DNA from: Octopus vulgaris
Lineage: Eukaryota
Assembly (NCBI GenBank): GCA_951406725.2
Contig: OX597814.1
Location: 133,052,001-133,116,000, forward strand
Length of the DNA stretch: 64,000 bases
Reading direction: 5' to 3'
The notes under the pieces are model-generated. The model was not told the DNA's origin, searched no databases, and was given only the letters and a program-made list of their open reading frames with translations. How positions within the stretch are numbered: position 1 is the first letter of the stretch; each line of letters opens with the position of its first letter. The translations under genes were made by a program, and so were the position numbers. Shown here in pieces: positions 13,221 to 24,551 of this stretch.

Positions 13221-13550
13221 TTCTCTCTAGTTGCAGCTCAGAGCTGTGGCCACGCTGATGTACCGCCGTTTTGCTACATTGTTATTACTAAGAGCCTCCT
13301 CTAATATGTGGTACTTTGTGAAGAATGGAGTTTGATATAGCTACCCTCATTTGCACCTCTTGCCGTGAGGTAGATCCATCTGGGACTTTCGACAGGAAGA
13401 GGTCCAGCTTTGATTTAAAAACCCCTATATCTATTTTGTGCAAGTACCTCAGACTCTTTGGGAGAATATTAAAAAAGCTGTGGGCCCTTGAAACACAGGC
13501 TGTTGCAGTAACTGGTCCTGAAGTGTGATGGCATTGCTGGGATTTTTAAC
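13221..13550 (-). mobile_element. 3' end of a CR1-group LINE (ORF2 C-terminus + 3' tail)
   Basis: Minus-strand translation NSLCFKGPQLFNILPKSLR..FKSKLDLFLSKVPD..R.AISNS, then tail GGCGGTAC..CAGCGTGGCCACAGCTCTGAGCTG. Confidence 0.75.
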
Positions 13551-14786
13551 TTGAGAAGAAAACATCTATTACTTTCTTGGTGAGAACAAAATTAGAATAG
13601 TATTGGTTTGGCTGTCAGCATTTCAAAAATTAAAGTATACCAACAATTTTCAAATTTGGCACAGTAATACAGATGACCAAACTGAATTGCTGGAGTTATT
13701 TTATTTTTTCTAGAAAAAAATATTTTAAAAATGTTATAGAGGTTTAAATCACTTTCCACCCACTCAGGAAACAGGATATGGAAACTGTCATATTTTGCGT
13801 AACTGCACATTTTCTCATCAACATCCTGAAAATAGTATGTGTTCTCAATATTTGTAAACAACACATGTTATGTTTCTGGTAATTTTCTTTCATGTAAATA
13901 AATGTTTATGTTAATCTAAAAAAATTTACCCCAAAAATCTTATTTAGCTGTTTTTTAGTACACAACACGACCACCTCAATGCTTAATGACAAAAAGAAAC
14001 GAGGAAACATACATTTAAGCATTCAATATCCATTTAAGGCAAAAGTGATAAACAACAAGTTACATGCAATAAACAAGTTACAATTTTTAATAGAAAGATT
14101 TGGAAGAATTAAATGAAAGTTCTCCGGTAATTTTCTTTTGTGGAAATAAATGCTTAAGTTAATTTTAAAATTTGCCAAGAAATCTTGTAAAATGACAAAG
14201 TTCCAAAAGATGTACATGTTCATATGTTATATGTGAAAATAAGTGTGAATAATATATGCTAAAAAAGCAAGTGTTTAAGCATGCAATAAGCAACACATTA
14301 CAAAATAGTTTTACCTGAATGTATTTCTAACTATCGGTTTTAATTTCAAAAATATCCTCCTGTTTCCAATGTTTCCATAATAGAAACGAAGTTACTGGAG
14401 CTTGTTCCCATAATCATACAGAACACGAAACACGGCGTCAAATTTGTCAACACGTGCTCCCTCGCAGATAAAAGAATTTTCAATGACTGCTCGGTTTCGC
14501 TTGTTACCATGGCAACAAGCACTCGCTTTCTAGCAGACAGAAGAGTTCTCATGTTCCGCTTTTTATCGCAACAGGCATGAATGTGTCAGTGGCTTACGAT
14601 TTTCAAACTTAATTGCTAATACCTATTTATTTATTGTTTTATGGCGAAAATTGCTTGCACGTCATCAATTAGCCTATGATAGTATATCACTACACTGAAT
14701 ATGAAATCGATTGTAACAGAATTGATGTTGGCATCAAACCGACAAGATCCCCAAAACTATGTCTAATATAAATGTTATTGTTTTAT

Positions 14787-14972
14787 TTGTTTCAGTCATC
14801 TGACTGCGGCCATGCTGGAGCACCGCCTTCAAAGATTTGACTCGAACAAATCGACCCCAGGAATTCTCATTTGTAAGCATGGTATTTTTCATCGGTTACT
14901 TTTGCCGAACCGCTAAGTTACAGGGACACAAACACACCAGTATCAATTGTCAAGTGATTGTGGGGGACAAAC
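14787..14972 (-). mobile_element. SINE family B, 3' half (head at 16251-16413)
   Basis: Homologous to 12258-12447 and 19670-19865. Confidence 0.85.
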
Positions 14973-15012
14973 ACACATACACACACACTCACACTCTCGC
15001 ACACACACACAC

Positions 15013-15077
<65 letters not shown>

Positions 15078-16246
15078 CTAGCATTCTGACCGGTCGTTGG
15101 CGGGTCATAGTGCTAGTACATGTATATATGTGTATATCTATGTGTACATATTACATGTACTTCTATATATATACATCTACACATAAAATACAAAATACAA
15201 AGTTATATCTTGATATCGCTAGTGATAACAATACTCAAAATATATAACAGACTGGAATTGTAGGCTCATCTCTTGCAATTTTGATCAATTGGATCTTGTC
15301 CTCCCTCTTGTATAGAAGTGTGGCTACAATCCAGCCTACCTCTACTTCAGGGGGGATATTTTTAATTTTTATTCGGGACGTCCTACGTCCCAGATATAAA
15401 GGTAAAAATAAAATATTTCCACTTTGCAAGGTTCGAGACGAGTACTCCATTGCACGCTCCGTTGACTCGAACCTTGCTTCTATTGTGGCGAATTTACCGC
15501 CTCTGGTTAGGTATCTTTGATAGTCGTACCAAGACACTTTTCGATGGTGCTTTCCTCCAAGTGTTCAAATCTTTTTTTTCTCTTTACATTGTATACTTTA
15601 GAGACAATCGTCTTTTCTTTAATTTAATAGACTGTTCCATTTCTGCGCATTAATTTTATTTTTAATTTATTCCCATTCATGTGAAACCACTTATTCAAAT
15701 TCAAGTCATTGATGCAATTTTATACCAATTGCTATTTCTACTTTTGTTATGTTACGATTATATTATACTTTGTTTGATTTTAATTATTATTTACTACATA
15801 TCATTCAATTGTTATTATTATTTTTATTGTTAAAGTGAAAGTATCTGACATAAAATAGAGAAATGTTTTTGTTTCACTTTTAACACGTAATACTGAAATA
15901 ATGGAGAAGATATGATATTGCTATGGGTTCGCTCTAGGCAAGAATTTGAACATTTGTTTTGCCCATGAAAGTACAGGGACTCTAAGTAAAGCATGTATAA
16001 AATTTGAATCAAATTGGCTGTGTAGTTCTCAAGTTTTAGGGAATCGTAGTGGAGAAGATATGATATTGCTGTGAGCTCGCCCTAGGCAAAAAGTTAAAAA
16101 AAGTTTCAGCCGATGACACTCCCCGGACCCTAAGTAAGGCATGTGTAAAATTTGAATGAAATTGGTTGTGTACTTCTCAAGTTTTAGGGAAACACACAGA
16201 CAGACAGACAGACAGACACACATTCTCAGTTTTATATATATAGAGA
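15078..16246 (-). mobile_element. Non-autonomous Helitron-like element with nested or captured sequence
   Basis: Minus strand begins A|TCTCTATATATATAAAA and ends CTAG|T with a subterminal hairpin (15077-15117); ~148-bp internal tandem duplication 15903-16190; (GACA)n near the 5' end. Confidence 0.55.
15250..15650 (-). pseudogene. Possible LINE ORF1 (gag-like) fragment
   Basis: LPLYLGRRTSRIKIKNIPPEVEVGWIVATL resembles Tx1/L1 ORF1-type segments; frameshifted upstream; assignment from memory only. Confidence 0.35.
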
Positions 16247-16250
16247 TATA

Positions 16251-16413
16251 CGGCGGGCTTCTTTCAGTTTCCGTCTACCAAATCCCCTTACAAAGATTTA
16301 GTCGGCCCGAGGTTATATTTGAAGACACTTGGCCAATGTGCTACGCAGTGGGACTGAACTCGGAACCCTATGGTTGGGAAGTAAGTTTCTTTCCACACTA
16401 ACACGCTTGCACC
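16251..16413 (-). mobile_element. SINE family B, tRNA-like head
   Basis: Minus strand has an A-box-like stretch and B-box-like GAGTTCAGTCCC, then ggccaagtgtcttc..gacggaaactgaaagaagcccg; same arrangement as at 44272-44732. Confidence 0.75.
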
Positions 16414-16563
16414 TATAGTAAAAGATAATATTCAATTCTATCTAAAATGCATTTAGTTGGCATAATCAAAGGTTTATAATGTGAAATAAACTTTAAATTG
16501 TTTTGCAGGTTTTGTGAATGATTTCAAATTTTTACGATATATATATACATATGTATGTATGTA

Positions 16564-16599
<36 letters not shown>

Positions 16600-16912
16600 T
16601 GTATGTATGTATGTATGTATGTATATGTTCAATGAAAACCACTGTGCTGCAGCTCGTCCTGTAGTTAGAAGACGCAGAAATTCTTTGTCGTATCTCATCT
16701 TAAAAGCACATTAAACAATGTAGGACGGAATATAAAAGATATGGTGAGTCTTTACTGTAAACATCGATATAAGTATGTCTTCTCGATATACGTTTCCCTT
16801 GAAGTCTACATCCACTACGATATGTCATGAATGATAAAGCGAAATATGTAAGCACCAACCGTAAAATGACTTAACGAGTTAAGAAACATTTTCGAGTATA
16901 CGATAATGTAAT

Positions 16913-17091
16913 TAATAGTTGTATACTGTCAATTTAACGTGACAGTAGGGGATTACACCACCGCTGTTTAGCCCTAGGAAGCATCGACGCTTCCTGTCGG
17001 CTTCGACACATAAGCGTCGATGCTTCCTTGGGCTAAACAGCGGTGGTGTAATCCCCTACTGTCACGTTAAATTGACAGTATACAACTATTA
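16913..17091. mobile_element. Palindromic MITE, 80-bp inverted arms
   Basis: 16913-16992 is the reverse complement of 17012-17091 with one mismatch; 19-nt spacer; outermost bases TA...TA. Confidence 0.85.
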
Positions 17092-19596
17092 CGTCGCCCC
17101 ACCACCGTACATATCTCTATGAGATATTTAGAAATTTAATATTTCTGATAATGTAATTCTAATGTGATAAACTTCGAGCGTGACGAAAAATGTTTCTTTA
17201 AATCGAGTAGAAATTACCGATATTTTTATAATATTTTGATAAATTGCTATGTACACAAGGTCTTTGGTATCATAATGCTTTATTTTTCTTGCCAAAATAT
17301 GTACACAATTAAAAAGCAATGAAAGGAAACAGTATCAGCTTCTGCATTATGAAACCAAAGAATTTATTCTGTCTACGCAAGTTTGTTAATCATTATTCTA
17401 TGTAAACCTCACCTTTAATCCTCGAAATATTTTGATCCATTCGTTGGAATAAACTTGGATTATTTTTTGTTCAGTTCAAATTTTGCCTCTTTCCCTTCTT
17501 TTCACTCTCTTTCACCTTTCTTTCTCTCTCTTCGTCTCTGACTTTCTCTCTTTCCCTCCGTGTCATGCTCTCTCTCTCTCTCTCTCTCTCTATCTCACTG
17601 TCTTTCTCTCTTGCCCTATCGGTTATTCTCCGTTTCTCCAGCCCCTCTGATTCTTTCTCTCTCCTCCCACTATCACGTAACCGGTCACTATCTAGGGCGG
17701 TGTCATTCCTTTTCGCGTTGCCTTCGACCGAATCGGTCACACATTTTTATGCTCCTCGCTCTGTCTCAATCTTGTATTTAGTCCTTAGAGACAATTTTCA
17801 ATTCTCTTTTGCATTTTTTCACACTTGTCTGTCTGGTAGCCCACCGCTTTTGTTTTTGTTGTTGCATATGTACTTTTATTATTATTATTTCTTTGGTTGT
17901 ATATGTATTCTTAATTTTTGTTGTCTTCGCCTAGCCCTAAGGTCATATTCTGTTTATTTCGTTTTTCTTTTCTTTTTTTTTTGTCCCTCATCCGTCCACT
18001 AACAGTCTTGTCTAGCATTGCTTTTATCTATTTTCGTATGTCCATTTCCGTATTCATTGTTCATTCTTGTTTATCCGTCCCGTTTTGTTTTGTTACTTTT
18101 GGGTCGCATTCCCAGTTCTTTTGCTAGTTGCCTCCAGGGTGGAAGCAATATTATCGATAATGGCACAAAATTACACTGGCACCCCTGGCCGATAACTGAT
18201 GATGAGTTGGTGACCTGTGTTTGTTCTCTGTTCGTCTGTGTATTTGTATATATTTTTAAACATAACTTTCTGCATTTATTTTCCATTCATTTGTCTATTA
18301 CTAAACGTGTTTGATTCACAGACTAGATCAGATTATTATATACACATATGGCATATGTATCTATAATAATAAAAACGAAATTCTGTCTAGGACTCCTGTA
18401 TGTCAGTCTACATTTGCTCTACATAGCCATATTATACCTTATTAGAATCAAGATGATCCTGGAATTGAACATTTGCCCTTCATTCGCTTCTTGAATATCC
18501 AGCATTGGGATCTGATCTAAAAGCATTTAGTTGCAATTTTTACCAGGTAAAGCTTGACTGATTCACGCCATCTTGACTTGCGTTTGTAAGATAATGTCAG
18601 GGGTCAGGAGGGAGATAAATGACTTTCACTTCGTTAATTTTACGTTGTGATAAGAACTTTGGGACAAATTGGCCAACAGTTGGAATTCAACTTGGGACTG
18701 GAACAATAGAATGATTGCATTACAGAATTAATTCTCATCCGTCCTCAAGCTCTAATCAAATACAACCGTGGTATATAGTCATTATAGACGCATTATAGTC
18801 ATGCTGTTTAGCTCTCTGTAGTTTTGGACCGCAATTAATTTTATAGATTATTAAAGCAATCTGCCAAGAAGGTGAATTATTGAAAAGAAAGAAAGCTATC
18901 AAATCATTATTAATTTATATGTCACACGATATGAGAGGAGGGGAAAAGCGTTCATGATTTAACTGGTTTAAAAAGAAAATGAAATAAAGTAAGATTAGAC
19001 CTTCACAAACAAGTGTGGTAAAATACGATGCATGATATATTAGTATCGTTAATGATTGAATGTCTTAATAAAATTATTTTCTCTGAAACAAAATAACTTT
19101 ATCAAAACTCAAATGGTCGCATTATAGCCAGGCAAGCATCATCGGAGTTAGCGTTTTACATTGTTTTGTTAATTGCTCGCCATTCAAATTTAAAATTCCC
19201 CCGGGTCAAAATTGGTTTTTATACCATCATAGGCGATAAAATAATAACAGTATGCTGTGCCAGTTCAATAAATTATATTACCAAATCTAAAAAAAAAAGA
19301 ATTGTACCTTGTGCTTAAGCCAAATGAACTAATTATAATGAAAATATCACCAGAAGAAAAACTTTTGTAACGAAAATGAATACTTTCACAGGTAATTTAA
19401 CTATCATTGCATCGACAGCCAGTGTAATGCTATTGTTTGTGCTCATTACCTAAACGGCAGAAATTTCATTAATGTATTATTTGAAATACATTCTGTGCAT
19501 TATACGCAAACATTCAGACACAGACCCGTACACGCACATACGCGCGCGCACACACACACACACGCACACCCTCACATACACACACTCATGTATGCA

Positions 19597-19659
<63 letters not shown>

Positions 19660-19669
19660 TTGTGTGTCT

Positions 19670-19865
19670 GTGTTTGTCCCCCTAGCATTGCTTGACAACC
19701 GATGCTGGTGTGTTTACGTCCCCGTAACTTAGCGGTTCGGCAAAAGAGACCGATAGAATAAGTACTGGGCTTACAAAGAATAAGTCCCGGGGTCGATTTG
19801 CTCGACTAAAGGCGGTACTCCAGCATGGCCACAGTCAAATGACTGAAACAAGTAAAAGAGTAAAG
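19670..19865 (+). mobile_element. SINE family B, 3' half, low divergence
   Basis: gtttgtcccc..cttgacaaccgatgctgg..ggggtcgatttgctcgactaaaggcggtactccagcatggccacagtcaaatgactgaaacaagtaaaagag. Confidence 0.85.
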
Positions 19866-19957
19866 AGAGTCTAAGACTATTTTTTTTAGCCAATACACAA
19901 TGATTGTTTATTATGATTATTATTATTATTATTGTTGTTGTTGTTGTTATTATTATT

Positions 19958-20450
19958 AATTTATGTTTGACTTTTGCTTAGCATTTGTACAAGTTGGCTC
20001 CAAGTCTCACCCAGAGACCTCAAGAGACAAGTTAGATGTTCATCTCGTTGTTATGCCTAGGGTGCCATATATTTGGCTTTGTATATATATATATATATTT
20101 GGCTTTGTATATTTGGCATATATTTGGCTAGTGTTGTTCAAGAGAATGTTTAACTGTGGACAACTTATACTACTTCTATTCACAGGCCTACAAGTTACTC
20201 TCTCTAGAAACGATCTGGAAGATCCGATGCCGTTTGCCTCTCTCCACATAGGTGCATTCGGAAATCCAGTCGGTAGCTGTTAACCAACTGGAAGCAACTG
20301 AGCTGGGTTGTCAGGCTTTTGCACCCACGTCTGCTATCGGCTAGCCCCACCCTAACCAGGCTTGCGTCCAAGATGAAGTATTAATCGACCACTAGCACTA
20401 AAGAGCCTGACGTCCTAAGGAAAATATCCAGACACCCGAAAGAGAACATT
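19958..20450 (-). mobile_element. Short non-coding retroposon ending in (AAT)n; possible internally deleted R4/Dong derivative
   Basis: Minus-strand 3' end (gaggtctctgggtgagacttgg..caaaagtcaaacataaatt) runs into an (AAT/AAC)n tail; GC-richer non-coding 5' part. Confidence 0.4.
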
Positions 20451-20956
20451 TTAAAAAGGACTCAATTTACGGAAGAATAGAATGGTTTAAGTTTTCGAAG
20501 GCATACATATCAAAAATTTCCGCAATGCAGTAAAAATTAGTACAACTACCAGGCATACCTTTGCATACATTTAATATATATAGTAACAGTTTGAAATCAT
20601 ATTGAATGTATATTTCTTCGCATCTGTATCGAAAACTGTTCGTTTAAATCAAATCAATTCAACTACTGAATTTTTATTCACCAGATTTAATTCGACGCGA
20701 TATGACTTCACTCCTAACAATGATTGTTGAACTGAATTCTGTAATGACATTGTTTGCTTCGATTCCATGTATATTTTTGCCGGAATTTTCCCGAAACTGA
20801 ATATACATTAATTGTGAGTCTATACAGTATGTATAAAAATATGTGTCTCTGTTTTCGAAAATTGAGTGCGCTTTCTTTAGTATTAATGACACTTATTCAA
20901 CCAACTGAGTACGTGCGTGTCTCTGTCTACCTGCCCATCTCTCTCTATATATATAT

Positions 20957-21006
20957 GTAATAATAATAGTAATAATAATAATGATAATGATAATAATAAT
21001 AATAAC

Positions 21007-21058
<52 letters not shown>

Positions 21059-21072
21059 GTAATAATAATAAT
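20957..21072. repeat. (AAT)n microsatellite, left target of the R4/Dong element
   Basis: Direct reading. Confidence 0.95.
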
Positions 21073-23850
21073 AAATTAAATACCACCGATATTATTCAAC
21101 CCAAGAATAACAAGCGGGAGGTACGTACTTTAAACTTACAACACAAAATGTACGAAAAACTACACGTGCAAAACAATGTGACAACAGAAATGCACGGACC
21201 GGTACCCTACGAAAATGACGACCGTCAAAATAATGGGCCGGACGTTGTTCCTCATGTCCCGCAAATAAAACCCAAAAGACATAAATGGACACGTGAGGAA
21301 TACATTTCTATCCTACACGCATACTTCACAGCAGTGCTCTACCCAAAAAATGAAAACACAACAACACATACATATAAAATATGGAAGGAAAATAACATAA
21401 ATATAGACTTGGATACAGCAATGAACCCTAATAAACTAGCTAACGTACGAAGATACATTCTCAATGCAAAAAATATCAGAAATAGAAATAGAACATCTAA
21501 AAGAAAAAATACACCAGGAAAATGCAGATAGAAGCCACACAACAATGCCCAATAATATAAACACTTAAGCAGTAAAACACGAAGGCAAACGTAACATTCC
21601 CAACAAACAGGATGTAAACAAAAAACAACAAACCCAGGCCGTAAGGATGTATAACACGACAAACAGCAAGCCAAAACACGGCAAACAAACATATAAATAA
21701 GAAAGAAAACGACACAAATCTAAAACCTGGAAACAACGAAAGGGGGCCTAATGATTATGATAATATAAAAAGTAAAATAGTCAAAGAACTGAAAACCACA
21801 GAGCTCAAAATGGACCACCGACCATACCTCCCAAAAATCAAAATAGACGAAACAACAACACCAATTATGAACAGCATAAACCTAGCCGTCACGGAACTAA
21901 TAGCCCCTGAAAAAAAAGCGATATCACTGAGCTAAATGACTTAGTATACGCAGCAGCCACTGCAGCCACAAAAAAAGCTGGATACTCACTCAAACCCATC
22001 CAATCAGGAGTACCACCACCCAAACAAACCCTGTGGATAAATAACATCCAAAACAAAATTTTAAAAATGAGAAAAGATCTGTCGATTCTTAATGAAATCA
22101 GTAGACAATCAACGCTACTGAGCAACAAAAAGAAAACAAAAATACTCCGCAAATATAACATCACAGAAAAAAATTTACCTGAGATAAAATAAAAGCTGAA
22201 GCAAGATATCCTTGCCAAAGCACAAAGGATCCGCCGGTACGAGAAACGCCAGCGCTTCTTTGAACAAAACAAAAAGTTCAACTCCAACCCCAAAAAGTTC
22301 TACCAAGAACTTGGCAAAAATAAAATAGAAATCACTGCAGCACCAACGGCAGAAGAAGTGGAAGAATTCTGGAGAGAAATATGGTCGGCGAACGAACAAC
22401 CAAAAAAAAGGAGTATTAAAACAACAAACTCAGCATCTGAGCAAATTTGGACCCCCATAACAACTGAAGAGGTCACCCAGGCACTGCAAAGAGTAAGCAA
22501 CTGGAAGGCACCTGGGCATGACAAGATCCCTAACAGGAATGCACAAAAAGTTGGCTAAAAACTTTAACAACATACTAGCAGAGCCAGAGACAATGCCTGA
22601 ATGGCTCACGAAGGGGAAAACCATCTTAATTCCAAAATCAAATGAGACAGCAAAACCAGAAAACTACAGACCAATAACCTGTCTCCCTACAATGTACAAG
22701 GCATTTACTGCAATGATATCGCAAAACAAAAAACTGTTCTCAGTATTTAAGGAAGCTGCCAAATACAAACAAGAAATCCTACCACCTAATAAATATGAAG
22801 AAGAAGAAGAAGAAGAAGAAGAAGAAGAAGAAGAAGAAGAAGAAGAAGAAGAAGAAGAAGAAGAAGAAGAAGAAGAAGAAGAAGAAGAAGAAGAAGAAGA
22901 AGAAGAAACAACAAAAGCTATAAAACAAATGAAATCCAAACTAAAAGTAGAACAGCAAAGAACCATGATAAAACGATGGCAAGAAAAGCCCTTCATGGTA
23001 AATACTGGACTAAACTAAATGCAATAGAAATAGACAAAGAAAAATCCCAGCAATGGTTGAGAAGCTCAGGACTCAAAGCAGAGACGGAGTGATTTTTAAT
23101 TGCAGCACAAGACCAAAGCCTCCCCACCAGAAATTACCAAAAACATGTAATGAAAAGAAATATAACAAGTAACTGCAGAATATGTGGAGATGGACAAGAA
23201 ACAATAAATCATATTATCTCTGGCTGCCCAGTCCTGGCTAAGAAGGAATATATTCACATACATGACAGAGTTGGAACCTACATACACTGGAAGCTATGCC
23301 AACATTATGGAATAACAACAGAAAAAAGATTGGTATAGACACACACCAGTAAAGGTCACAGAAAACAAGAAAGCAACCATACTCTGGGATATGCCGATAC
23401 ACACAGATAGAGAAATTAAGGCCAACAGACCAGATATAGTTGTCAGAGATCACGAAGAAAAAAAAAAGTTTTCTAATTGATGTATCAATACCGGCAGATG
23501 ACAACGTGTCTCTAAAAGAAATGGAGAAACTTTCAAAATACAAAGACCTGGAAATAGAGGTAACCAGAATGTGGAATCTAAAAACAGAAACAATTCCTAT
23601 CATAGTAGGTGCATTTGCATTAGGCATGATAAAAAAATATTCAGACAAATACATAACAAAAACACCAGGACTTACAAACACATATAACATACAGAAAATC
23701 GCACTACTAGGCACTGCACACATCCTACGCAGAACACTTTTCATACAATAACCATCAGAGCATCACAACAAATCACAGCACATACCTAAGGCACACAGAG
23801 CTGCGCTCGGTAGTGAAGTGAAAGCACGCTATAAAAATAAAACTACTGAA
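21073..23850 (+). mobile_element. Dong/R4-clade non-LTR retrotransposon (REL endonuclease), RT core deleted, in (AAT)n
   Basis: Frameshifted ORF: KWTREE..; RIRRYEKRQRFFEQNKKF..; EEFWREIWS; NWKAPGHDKIPN; GKTILIPK..PENYRPITCLPTMYK; AETExFLIAAQDQSLPTRNY; CRICGDGQETINHIISGC (CCHC); HDRV; ILWD..RPDIVV..LIDVSIP..E.EKLSKYKDL. (AAT)n lies on both sides, the known Dong target. Confidence 0.9.
22796..22907. repeat. (GAA)n expansion inside the R4/Dong ORF (poly-E)
   Basis: Direct reading. Confidence 0.95.
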
Positions 23851-23869
23851 AATAATAATAATAATGATG

Positions 23870-23917
<48 letters not shown>

Positions 23918-23940
23918 TTAATAATAATAATAGTAATAAT

Positions 23941-24467
23941 CAAGTAGTGGCTTTCATAGCTTCTGAGCTTAACTGATTGGAAGTGTTATCAGGTAGATTC
24001 CATTGTCTTGGTATAAAAGATGGGCTACAGCAAATATTCTGCTCAATATCTCAAATTTGCTTATCTGTTGCTTGAACTTAACCAGTCGAACATGTCCCTT
24101 GGTGGCTAACGATATATGCATCTCTGATCACGAGCAAAAGTAGTGGGGTGGCATCATAGCCATCTCTTGAGAGTAATGCTTTGGGGTTTGGATAATTCAC
24201 CTTTGGAAATATGGGTGTTTTGTTCAACATCCTTAAACAACACTTACTCAGGGACCTTTTGAGCGTGATAGGCTACTCGACCAGGAGAAAATTCTAACTG
24301 GGCCTCACCTGCTGTGTACCTTGATATGAGATCGCTATGTCGAGCACATATGGTTGTGATGCATGTGCTTGGTGTTGCGTTATCAGACGGGTTGTCATAA
24401 TGTTTATACTGGGCTTCGTATATTTTATCCCAGTGTCACTATGATGGTATGCACTGCTCTCTCACAC
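23941..24467 (+). mobile_element. Non-coding retroposon fragment inserted in (AAT)n
   Basis: Complex ~530-bp sequence bounded on both sides by (AAT)n arrays; no ORF. Confidence 0.5.

Positions 24468-24550
<83 letters not shown>

Positions 24551-24551
<1 letters not shown>

Noticed and set aside
18360-18760. Helitron 5' end (A|TCTATAATAATAAAA) and possible helicase remnant
   Set aside because: No matching CTAG end or convincing protein motif found
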